Assembly (NCBI GenBank): GCA_002499705.1
Contig: DAMU01000036.1
Location: 7,314 to 71,313 of the forward strand
Source of the DNA: Euryarchaeota archaeon UBA91
Lineage (GTDB): Archaea; Thermoplasmatota; Poseidoniia; Poseidoniales; Poseidoniaceae
Reading direction: 5' to 3'
Length of the DNA: 64,000 nt
Part shown: piece after piece, positions 47,049-55,646 of the stretch
How positions within the stretch are numbered: position 1 is the first letter of the stretch
Layout of the letters: each line of letters starts with the position of its first letter
Notes under the pieces: generated by a model
What the model saw: the letters and a program-made list of their open reading frames with translations, nothing else
Told to the model about the DNA's origin: nothing
The model's database searches: none
Program-made: the position numbers and the translations under genes

Positions 47049-48080
47049 ATGAGTGATGCCCAACCTTCGATTGCATCCATCATTCCTGTGCTGAATGAGT
47101 CGGAGTACATCGGTGCATGTTTGGACTCTCTCATCGAACAAACCCTCTCACCTGAGCAGCACATGGTCTTGGTTCTTGATGGAGGTTCAACCGATTCCAC
47201 AGGCGATGAAGTTCAGAAAGCAATTGAACGAAGTAAAAAGCGTGGAGGGCCTCTCATAGAGTTGCATTTCAATCCTAAAAAGCATGTTGCAGAAGCTCGA
47301 AACTTGGCATTAACTCTGCTTCCCGATTCAGTTCGATATACCGTTGAAATGATCGGTCACTCTACCGTTGAACCTGACCACTTAGAACTGCGAATGAATG
47401 AATGGTCTCGCATAGAATCGTCAACCTCCTCACCTTTGGCTGCAGTTGGTATTCGCGTTCATCCCCGTCAAGGTAAGCATGGAATTGTTGAAAATTGGAT
47501 TGAAGGAACGCTTGCATCTCCGTTGGGGAGCGGCAATGGGCAATTTGAATCCTTTACCACCTCAGGACCAACTAAGACCCCTGCTTTCGCCATGCATTCT
47601 CGGACGGCATTAGAGGATGTAGGAGGATGGGATACTGCCTACATAACCAGCCAAGACAGCGACCTTTCGATGCGATTGGTTGATTCAGGATATGCAGTCT
47701 ATCGAACACCGGCGACAGGTGTGAGTATGGTGAAACGTTCTGGACTTTCCAAGTGGTGGAAAATGGGGCACAGATACGGTTTTTGGCGGATGAAGATTTT
47801 GCAAAAGCATCCTAAAAGAATCAGTTTACGAGAATTTTTGCCATGGATTGGATTTTTAGTAACCTTAGGACTTTACATGGCACAGTCAGATCTTGTAGTC
47901 ATACTCCCCGTCTGCTATCTTTCAGTTCTCATGATTGAGGGCATTCGAAGCTCGTTCCGTTTCAAACGATTCTCAAGCCTTTTTGGTGTTCCTTTTTGTC
48001 TCATAATGCTTCACACCAGTTTTTCTCTGGGTCTCCTTGACGGGGTATTTCGCAAAGGTAGAGCGCCCAGTGACCGGTGA
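47049..48080 (+). CDS. Family 2 glycosyltransferase (dolichyl-phosphate sugar synthase-like) with C-terminal TM helices
   Basis: PSIASIIPVLNESEYIGACLDSLIEQTL...HMVLVLDGGSTDST is the GT2 N-terminal signature, with DxD-like downstream acidic residues. C-terminal hydrophobic helices (LPWIGFLVTLGLYMA; VVILPVCYLSVLMI). Confidence 0.8.
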   Translation: MSDAQPSIASIIPVLNESEYIGACLDSLIEQTLSPEQHMVLVLDGGSTDSTGDEVQKAIERSKKRGGPLIELHFNPKKHVAEARNLALTLLPDSVRYTVEMIGHSTVEPDHLELRMNEWSRIESSTSSPLAAVGIRVHPRQGKHGIVENWIEGTLASPLGSGNGQFESFTTSGPTKTPAFAMHSRTALEDVGGWDTAYITSQDSDLSMRLVDSGYAVYRTPATGVSMVKRSGLSKWWKMGHRYGFWRMKILQKHPKRISLREFLPWIGFLVTLGLYMAQSDLVVILPVCYLSVLMIEGIRSSFRFKRFSSLFGVPFCLIMLHTSFSLGLLDGVFRKGRAPSDR

Positions 48081-48098
48081 TACTCGTGCGTACAATGG

Positions 48099-49127
48099 AT
48101 GAAAACATACTTGAGTGTTCAATTGAAACGAGGTTTGAGTATTATGGCAAATGAGCGTACTGTTACGGCTCGCGGCATCGCAGTGTTGCCATTACTGCTT
48201 CTCGCAGTTACTCATTTTACTGTTACTCCATTGAAAGAAATATTTGAGATAGAACCACGTTTGATGTATGGTTGGTATGCAATCGGTATTGTTGTTGGCG
48301 TTTTCTTGTTTCGACGAACACGGACTGTTCGTGACCATGAATTTCATCGCGCACAAACCATGAAGTCAATGAAAAAAGTGTACGATGCAGAAGAAGCAGG
48401 AGTTTGGCAAACCGATGTGCAACTCGATAGTAATCTAAGTGCTGAAGGGGAGATGGCTCTCAAAAGAAATGTTTCCAGTATCGACAAAGAATCACCTGAA
48501 CTTGAACTAGGCGAAGATGAAAAAGTGGATGTTGATTTACTGCTTGAATCTGAACGGATTCGAAAAGCAAATCGTCGAATGAGCGGTGCTGAATCATTTG
48601 ATGATGAATATGTTGATTCTACCATTGGTGCAACGCGGAAGAAATCTCCAATGGATTCTTTCCTTGACGCTTTAGCCCGCTTATTTGGTAGGGGTGACGC
48701 AGTCCAATTACGAGAAGAAACACGACAGGCTGCTCTGCGTGCTGCCTCGAGCGCTTCTCCAGTTACTGCACAACGCCCGGTTGCTCCATTGAGGGCAGTC
48801 TCTTCACCAAGCGAGGGTGAATTGAAGATGACAACGATGTCGGATGATGGTGGAATCGATTTGGTCGTTTCCGAGAAGGGTGATGCGGTCGCCCAGTCGG
48901 CTCAGTTACAATCTGAGACCGAAAAGGTCTATGCTTGGGATTCCAATACTCCTGCCCAGCAGTCGAATGAAAGCATCGAATCTATGGCCATGATTTCAAC
49001 ACCCCAGTATGAAATGAACCAGCCAACTGAGGTTATTGCTTCACCCACCGGTAAATTGTGCCGTGGATGTAATGCAACTATCCCACAGGGTGAACCGTTC
49101 TGCCTTGAATGCGGACTTGACGCATAA
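48099..49127 (+). CDS. Hypothetical membrane protein with cytoplasmic acidic linker and C-terminal zinc ribbon
   Basis: Two N-terminal TM helices (GIAVLPLLLLAVTHFTV; GWYAIGIVVGVFLF). Charged low-complexity middle. C-terminus CRGCNATIPQGEPFCLECG (CxxC...CxxC). The start may be ATG 48144 (MANERT). Confidence 0.45.
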   Translation: MKTYLSVQLKRGLSIMANERTVTARGIAVLPLLLLAVTHFTVTPLKEIFEIEPRLMYGWYAIGIVVGVFLFRRTRTVRDHEFHRAQTMKSMKKVYDAEEAGVWQTDVQLDSNLSAEGEMALKRNVSSIDKESPELELGEDEKVDVDLLLESERIRKANRRMSGAESFDDEYVDSTIGATRKKSPMDSFLDALARLFGRGDAVQLREETRQAALRAASSASPVTAQRPVAPLRAVSSPSEGELKMTTMSDDGGIDLVVSEKGDAVAQSAQLQSETEKVYAWDSNTPAQQSNESIESMAMISTPQYEMNQPTEVIASPTGKLCRGCNATIPQGEPFCLECGLDA

Positions 49128-49176
49128 GTTGGTCGTTTTCAAGCGAGATATTGAAAGAGGTCGTTGATACCCCTCG

Positions 49177-50325
49177 GTGTGTTGGGTGATTGACATATCT
49201 GAAAAGCGGGATTACTATGAAGTCTTAGGAGTGGCAAAAGATGCCTCTTCTGCAGACCTCAAAAACGCTTTTCGCAGTCTCGCTCGAAAGTATCATCCCG
49301 ACCGAAGTCAAGAAGACAACGCTGAAGAGATGTTCAAAGAAATTCAAGAAGCATATGCCGTTCTTTCAGATGAGCAGAAGCGTGGGCAATACGATCGATT
49401 TGGACATAAAGGACCTGGCGGCGGTTCTCCGTTTGGAGGTTTCGGCGGTGGCGGATTCAACATCAATTTAGAAGACCTCTTTGGTGGTGACATATTCTCT
49501 AACATCTTCGGTGGAGGTGGCGGTGGTGGACGACGTTCCCGCCGCCGAGGCAGCGACATTCGAATGTTTCATACAGTCGACCTTAAGAAAATCCATCACG
49601 GAAGTCAAGAGGAAGTTGAGGTTGAGTTACCTGTTGCATGCTCGAAATGTGCTGGAACTGGAGCCAAAGATGGCGAGATTTCTGACTGTAGAGAGTGCAA
49701 CGGCCAGGGCCGTGTTCGAATGCGCCAGCAGGTTGGGCCTTTTGTCCAAGACGTTGTTCGAGACTGTCCTTCATGCGAAGGCTCCGGCCATCAAATTGAC
49801 GAACAGTGCAGTACGTGTCGTGGTAAAGGAAAAGAAATCAAAGCCACAACATTACGCTTCAATATTCCCGCCGGAGCTGAATCTGGAACACGGCTTCGTA
49901 TGCGAGGTAAAGGTGAGCCAGCGCCTAATGGAAAGGGTGAGGATGGTGATTTATTTATTGAAATCGAAGTTGAAGAGCACCTATGGTTCGAACGTTCCAG
50001 TGCTGATTTAATCATGTCCTTGCCACTCGGTTATTCAGACCTTGTGTTGGGTACAAGTATCACTCTTGAGCACGTCGACGGTAAGGATTTGACAATTAAG
50101 GTTCCAGCCTATTCCAATTCTGGCGATACCATTGAAATTAAGAAAAGAGGCTTACCCCGAAACAGAGGCTCTGGCCGTGGAGATGTGATTGTATTGCTGA
50201 AGTTACACATGCCCAAGAAGGTTGATAAAAAGTCAAAGAAATCTCTTCAGGAATTAAAAGATGTTCTTGCACCAAAAGATATTCTTGAACGTATTAAAGC
50301 GGATGCGAAAGACCGACGGAATTGA
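49177..50325 (+). CDS. dnaJ: Chaperone DnaJ (Hsp40)
   Basis: J domain DYYEVLGVAKDASSADLKNAFRSLARKYHPDRS. Gly/Phe-rich linker. Four CxxCxGxG zinc-finger repeats (CSKCAGTG, CRECNGQG, CPSCEGSG, CSTCRGKG). Start is uncertain: a GTG at 49177 or 49186. Confidence 0.85.
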   Translation: MCWVIDISEKRDYYEVLGVAKDASSADLKNAFRSLARKYHPDRSQEDNAEEMFKEIQEAYAVLSDEQKRGQYDRFGHKGPGGGSPFGGFGGGGFNINLEDLFGGDIFSNIFGGGGGGGRRSRRRGSDIRMFHTVDLKKIHHGSQEEVEVELPVACSKCAGTGAKDGEISDCRECNGQGRVRMRQQVGPFVQDVVRDCPSCEGSGHQIDEQCSTCRGKGKEIKATTLRFNIPAGAESGTRLRMRGKGEPAPNGKGEDGDLFIEIEVEEHLWFERSSADLIMSLPLGYSDLVLGTSITLEHVDGKDLTIKVPAYSNSGDTIEIKKRGLPRNRGSGRGDVIVLLKLHMPKKVDKKSKKSLQELKDVLAPKDILERIKADAKDRRN

Positions 50326-50493
50326 AATTAGCTTAGACGATAGGACGTTATTCTTTCACTTGTTTTTTTGTTTTCGCCATCGATTACACTGTCAATTGAG
50401 AAATCATTGATGGATTGTTTAGGACTCATACATCGAGAATTGTTTGCCTATGAAGTGCAAGGTATGATAGGCAATAGTGAATTGGAATGCAAC

Positions 50494-53253
50494 ATGGTGA
50501 ACAAACAGGTATCCATCGTGCTACTCAGCATTTTGCTGTTTTCTATTCCTTCTCACGCAGTTGCTACAAAGGAGGCTACCTTTGTGGAACAATTTGGAGA
50601 GGTGTTTGAAGAAGTTGTTATTGCCGACTCTTCCGATATGCTTGACGACCCCCGAGACCTTGAATTTCACCCTGGCCGAACCAATGAACTTTGGGTAGCC
50701 AACCGTGCTACAGACAGCATCACTATCATCGAAAACACTGGCATGGAGTCTCAGACCTCTCAAAATCGTCAAGATTCCAACAGAAATCATTTCCTTGAAG
50801 AAGTCAGTTCAATTGCATTTGGCGCCTACCATCCAGAGTTTGACTGGCAATGGGGTTCTGCCCAAGAAACTGGTAATACCTTCTGTGGCCAAATTCAACA
50901 GAATTTCTTCATGGGACCAACACTCTGGCCTTCTTCTTTGAACCATTTTGCAGTCGAAAACCAAAACAACGGTAATGGGCTACTTGGAAGCCATATTGAT
51001 ATGAATCACGAATCTCCATACGGAGTTGGAATTGCTCATGATTATGACAATGTTTACTGGTATAACGACGGCTACTACGGCGAACTTGTTCGCTACGATT
51101 TCCAAGATGACCATGACACTGGTGAAGACGACCATTCAGACGCAATCATCCGTCGATATTCCGATATTACTCTCACGCACGCCTACGGCATACCCGGGCA
51201 CATGGTCATGGACAAGAGTTCAGGTATTCTCTACATCGCAGATGCCGGAGCAAATAGGGTTCTTTGGGTTAATACCGATGATACGAATTTCGAGACCGAG
51301 GACATTATGGACGATGCGTCTCGCCTTGAGCCATTGCAAGAATATTCCAGAATAACGGACATTGAATGGGGAGTTCTCGCCTCGGGACTTGACTTTCCTT
51401 CTGGAATTGCACTCGACGGTGACCGGCTGTTTGTCTCTCAGAACGGTAACGGTAAAATCGTCGCCTATGACTTGAATTCAGACGGTAAAAGCGCTACTGA
51501 AGCGGATTCTATCCAAACCTCAGCCTCTTCGATAATGGGACTGGAAATTGGACCAAACGGGCATCTGTTTTACGTTGATAACGGAAGAGATGAGGTCGTT
51601 CGGATTGATCCATTTATGGACGTAGATGGCGATGGAGTCGGTGACGATGTAGATAATTGCCCCTACATTTCAAACTCTGCTCAGGCTAATTATGATAACG
51701 ATTCCAAAGGGGATGCTTGTGATGAGGACGATGATAATGATTCAGTTCTCGACATAGATGACAATTGTCTTCGAGGTAATCTCTCTTGGATTTCTTCTAT
51801 GCTGACTGATCACGATTCGGATGGCTGTGCCGATTTGACCGAAGACTTCGATGACGATAACGATGGCCTATATGACCAGATAGATTCGTGTGCACTCGGT
51901 GACGTTGGTTGGACTTCTTCTGCTCTTACGGATTATGATTTCGATGGATGCCAAGACGCTGGTGAAGATTACGATGATGATAACGACCGAATTTGCGATG
52001 CCGAAGAAGTCGATGGTTTCTGGGCTTGCACTGAATCCTCTGCTTCCGCTGATTTGTGTCCTACCAGCCCTCCATCCTTCTTTTCCACTTTAACAAATGA
52101 TGGAGATCAAGACGGTTGCCAAGATATTGGTGAAGACCTCGACGATGATAATGACGGCTTCTTTGACGAACTCGACCATTGTCCGGTCAATGCCGGAACC
52201 AGTAACCTCGGTTCGCTGATGGGATGTTCCGATTTTGATAATGATGGCTATGCCGATTCAATCGATGAGTTCCCCACTGAACCCACCCAGTGGTCAGACC
52301 TCGATGGTGACGGATTTGGCGATGAATCAACTGGGTTTGAAGGCGACCAGTGCAAGACGGTTGTAGGCACTTCGTTTGAAGACCGCATTGGCTGTCTCGA
52401 TTCGGATGATGATGGCTGGTCTGACCCTGATTCGACATGGACAACAAGCTCCGGCGCTGATGCGTTCCCAACGTATTACAGTCAGCATGTTGATCAAGAC
52501 GGTGACGGTTATGGCGATGCAGCCAATGGCTTCCAAGCAGACATATGCCCTTTGATTGCCGGTACATCTTTCCAAGATGTGTTTGGATGCTTAGACTCCG
52601 ATGGTGACGGATGGTCAGATGCAGGAGATGCTCTGCCAGAAGACCCAACTCAGTATTTGGATGCAGACATGGACGGCTATGGCGATTCTATGTCAGGTAA
52701 TCTCCCTGACAGTTGCCCTGGCTTGTTCGGACTTTCATCGTCCGAACGATTTGGATGCCCTGACTCTGACGGTGATGGATGGGATGACGGTTTAGATGCA
52801 TTCTCTGAAGATGACCGATTTTGGTCGGACGCTGATGAAGATGGACATCCGGACCAGACGGGTACAGAATTGAGCGATGATTGTCCTGAAGTTGCTGGAA
52901 ACTCAAACCAAGATCGTATCGGATGCCCTGATGCAGATGGAGACGGTTGGTCCGATGAAGCAGATACCTTCCCGCAAGATGCAACTCGGCATGTCGCCTC
53001 TGAATCTTCCTCTCTGACTCTTCAGATTGGTCTTGCAGGTTTTGCAGTGCTCATTCTTCTCGCACTTGTTGCAGTGTTTGTAACTCGTCGTGACGGTAAC
53101 TCGACAATGGATTTGACACCTCAACCGGTAACACCTCAACTGAATGCTCCAATGGTCGCCAACACTCCACCACTTCCACCAGAGGGCCTACCTGCCGGCT
53201 GGACGATGGAGCAATGGGCATGGTACGGCGAAGATTACCTCAAGAACCGTTGA
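50494..53253 (+). CDS. Secreted protein with beta-propeller-like N-terminal region, Cys-containing thrombospondin-type-3 Ca-binding repeats, C-terminal TM helix and PPLPPxGLPxGW-EQW-YGxDY tail
   Basis: The track ORF starts at 50368. The ATG at 50494 (MVNKQVSIVLLSILLFSIPSHAVA) gives a signal peptide. Repeats DVDGDGVGDDVDNCPYISNSAQANYDNDSKGDACDEDDDND and multiple D-x-DGDG-Y/W-xD...C-P-x-x-AG-x-S-x-x-D-R-x-GC units. TM helix LQIGLAGFAVLILLALVAVFV. Tail ...PPLPPEGLPAGWTMEQWAWYGEDYLKNR. Confidence 0.7.
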   Translation: MVNKQVSIVLLSILLFSIPSHAVATKEATFVEQFGEVFEEVVIADSSDMLDDPRDLEFHPGRTNELWVANRATDSITIIENTGMESQTSQNRQDSNRNHFLEEVSSIAFGAYHPEFDWQWGSAQETGNTFCGQIQQNFFMGPTLWPSSLNHFAVENQNNGNGLLGSHIDMNHESPYGVGIAHDYDNVYWYNDGYYGELVRYDFQDDHDTGEDDHSDAIIRRYSDITLTHAYGIPGHMVMDKSSGILYIADAGANRVLWVNTDDTNFETEDIMDDASRLEPLQEYSRITDIEWGVLASGLDFPSGIALDGDRLFVSQNGNGKIVAYDLNSDGKSATEADSIQTSASSIMGLEIGPNGHLFYVDNGRDEVVRIDPFMDVDGDGVGDDVDNCPYISNSAQANYDNDSKGDACDEDDDNDSVLDIDDNCLRGNLSWISSMLTDHDSDGCADLTEDFDDDNDGLYDQIDSCALGDVGWTSSALTDYDFDGCQDAGEDYDDDNDRICDAEEVDGFWACTESSASADLCPTSPPSFFSTLTNDGDQDGCQDIGEDLDDDNDGFFDELDHCPVNAGTSNLGSLMGCSDFDNDGYADSIDEFPTEPTQWSDLDGDGFGDESTGFEGDQCKTVVGTSFEDRIGCLDSDDDGWSDPDSTWTTSSGADAFPTYYSQHVDQDGDGYGDAANGFQADICPLIAGTSFQDVFGCLDSDGDGWSDAGDALPEDPTQYLDADMDGYGDSMSGNLPDSCPGLFGLSSSERFGCPDSDGDGWDDGLDAFSEDDRFWSDADEDGHPDQTGTELSDDCPEVAGNSNQDRIGCPDADGDGWSDEADTFPQDATRHVASESSSLTLQIGLAGFAVLILLALVAVFVTRRDGNSTMDLTPQPVTPQLNAPMVANTPPLPPEGLPAGWTMEQWAWYGEDYLKNR
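53167..53250 (+). other. Conserved cytoplasmic C-terminal tail motif PPLPPEGLPAGWTMEQWAWYGEDYLKNR (copy B)
   Basis: The last 28 codons of the 961-aa gene. It aligns with copy A at 43593-43682 with identical PPLPP, GLP, GWT, EQW and G-DY positions. Confidence 0.6.
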
Positions 53254-53283
53254 ATGTTACGCTCGACTACTTGCATCTGAGTT

Positions 53284-54594
53284 TTACAACTCATCAAGTA
53301 TCCCAGCACTGATCAACAATACAAGAAGCATTATTGTCATCAATACTGCCAATGCATGGAAAGCAATCGAGACCAAAATACGAATTTCCTTGCTTTCAAT
53401 CCTGTTGTAAGGGTAGATCTTGGACACTTCTTCATGCCCACCCTTGAGGCCATAGACAGTTCGAGCAAATGTGGCTCTGCGTACAATTTCAAAGCACACC
53501 ATGACGCCAGCCATTACGAGAATTGTGCCAAGCGCCAATCCAACATAATAACCTGCTCCAATGAGCCCAAAAATGGCAATCGGGAAGAACGTGAGATGCA
53601 TGTGAACAATGTATGTTGGGTATACAGCCTCGTTGAGATAAGCCAACCATTTACTTGGACGGTTCAAGAATTTCGATGCCCAACTGAATATTAAGAGGCA
53701 CCAAAACCATGCATGAAATGATTGAACTATTGCTGCAATGATTGTGGTTCCTGAAATGGCAGCATATCCCTCATTCACCCATCCACCGGACATGATGTTC
53801 GGTATCGTATTCGATTCACTCAACATGAACCAGAAGACTGCTAAAATTGGTGTCAAAATCGTTATTGGTATTCTTATCTTATCAAGGGCAGGAAAGTAAT
53901 CATCCTTTGCTGAAATCATCAAGTATCCAAACAAGAAGTAGAGTAAATACCGAGAAAACTCCCACCACATTCCAACTTCACCAAAACCCCATGGCTTGAA
54001 CAAAAGGGCATTGATGAAGAGTAAAACGGCAGGAATGAGCATTATTCCGAGCCCATATCGAATGTTCAGTATTGACTGTACAGTTCGCACAATCAAGCCC
54101 TGAGGATTCTTTCGAATGTGTGCGAATACAGGCGTCAACAGCAGTGAATAGATGAGTAGATTGTAGATGAACCACAAATGGCCGTAAGGCATATTCTCTG
54201 AACCCGGAAATATTGTAAACAATCCAGTGAGTGCCTTTTTCGGTTCAAATATGCCAAAAAACAGGATGAAGGTTGCGAAGATCAACGGGAATCCTAAGCG
54301 TATCCCTCGTTCTGCAACATACTTTTTGGCCGTTCTGCGTCGGAAAGCGAAAGCACTCCCCATTCCAGAGATGACAAATAATGCCGCAAGTCTCCATTGA
54401 TGCATCACTCCAATTATGATGAAAAGTGGAAAGTTGAACAACTCCATACTGCTTCCTTCACCCTCGAGTTGTCCGAGGGAGAAAACAGCATAATGAAACC
54501 AAATGAGCAGTGCAAAGAGAATAACTCGCAGCCAATCAATGTCGTAACGGCGTGATGATTGACCGACAGTATTTGGCGAAGGTGAATGAATCAT
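53284..54594 (-). CDS. Acyltransferase family 3-like integral membrane protein (about 10 TM)
   Basis: N-terminal RYDIDWLRVILFALLIWFH resembles the start of the acyltransferase_3 (OatA-like) family. 436 aa, hydrophobic throughout. Confidence 0.5.
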   Translation of the reverse strand: MIHSPSPNTVGQSSRRYDIDWLRVILFALLIWFHYAVFSLGQLEGEGSSMELFNFPLFIIIGVMHQWRLAALFVISGMGSAFAFRRRTAKKYVAERGIRLGFPLIFATFILFFGIFEPKKALTGLFTIFPGSENMPYGHLWFIYNLLIYSLLLTPVFAHIRKNPQGLIVRTVQSILNIRYGLGIMLIPAVLLFINALLFKPWGFGEVGMWWEFSRYLLYFLFGYLMISAKDDYFPALDKIRIPITILTPILAVFWFMLSESNTIPNIMSGGWVNEGYAAISGTTIIAAIVQSFHAWFWCLLIFSWASKFLNRPSKWLAYLNEAVYPTYIVHMHLTFFPIAIFGLIGAGYYVGLALGTILVMAGVMVCFEIVRRATFARTVYGLKGGHEEVSKIYPYNRIESKEIRILVSIAFHALAVLMTIMLLVLLISAGILDEL

Positions 54595-54679
54595 GCTTCA
54601 ATACCAAATCGTTCCAAGCATCGTGGTATTTCAAACGACACCCTTCCTTGCGCTTTCATCTGGTTAATCAAGAAGCCTT

Positions 54680-55636
54680 TTGAAACATTGGTGGCCTGCG
54701 AAACTTGGTTCAATGAGTGGGTATGGCGAGGAAGACTCCACTGGGAAGAGTCTCATGACACTCGGGGCAATCGCTCTGTTCAGTTTTGTATTTCTTTTCT
54801 ATTGGGATGTATTCACCTTGCTGGAAAGAACATCAGCCTCTTTTAGGACCTCTTTTCTACCAGACTCAGTGATTTTCTTTTGGCGAATGTCTTGCCTGCT
54901 TGTGAGTATATATGCAATTATCTACATGTTTCGCATGAAGACGGGCACCATGGTCGTACTCGACCATGATACGCGTTCCGAAATCATTCTTCATCCTCTC
55001 GGGATTCGAAAGTTTGTGACGTTCAGTAGCTGGACCCTCATCTGCAGTGTCGTCTATTTTCTTCTTGCCACGCTCTCTTCATTTTCTTTGTTTTTTGGTT
55101 CTGTCCTTCCCACTTGGATAAACACCGCTCAAGTTCTCTTTTTCACGATGGCTTTGGGTGCAGGTTTCCTAACCTCAACAGTTGTACGTTATGTCATTTT
55201 ACCCGCTGAAGTCAAGCAAAAGAGGGTACATGAACATCAATTCTACTTTCACAACCAAATGATGCATAATTTCACGACAATTTTCTTGGCATTTGAAATT
55301 GTCCTCGTTCAACCGGAGTTGCGACCTCACTTTGCAATATTTGGATTGCTTATTGGAACTCTTTACGCTCTTTTTGCTTTTCCATTCGCCTATTTTGGGG
55401 GCGGCTATTATGTTTACAGTTTTATTGACCCGAGACTAAAACTTGCACCCTTGTTTGTGAGTGGTCTTGCAGGTGCAATTTCGGTATTCTACCTTGGTCT
55501 TTGGCTCCTCAGTCTGCTTGTTGAATACAACGGGCTGATCGGTGGAGTGGCTGTGGTCATATGGCTGTCACTTATCGTTCAATTCCAACCCGAAGATATT
55601 GAATATGAAGTTGAAACGAATTCAATTCAAGGATGA
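54680..55636 (+). CDS. Hypothetical polytopic membrane protein
   Basis: 318-aa ORF with at least 8 hydrophobic helices. No recognisable catalytic motif. The start may be ATG at about 54755 (MTLGAIALF). Confidence 0.45.
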   Translation: MKHWWPAKLGSMSGYGEEDSTGKSLMTLGAIALFSFVFLFYWDVFTLLERTSASFRTSFLPDSVIFFWRMSCLLVSIYAIIYMFRMKTGTMVVLDHDTRSEIILHPLGIRKFVTFSSWTLICSVVYFLLATLSSFSLFFGSVLPTWINTAQVLFFTMALGAGFLTSTVVRYVILPAEVKQKRVHEHQFYFHNQMMHNFTTIFLAFEIVLVQPELRPHFAIFGLLIGTLYALFAFPFAYFGGGYYVYSFIDPRLKLAPLFVSGLAGAISVFYLGLWLLSLLVEYNGLIGGVAVVIWLSLIVQFQPEDIEYEVETNSIQG

Positions 55637-55646
55637 AAGTGCCGAA

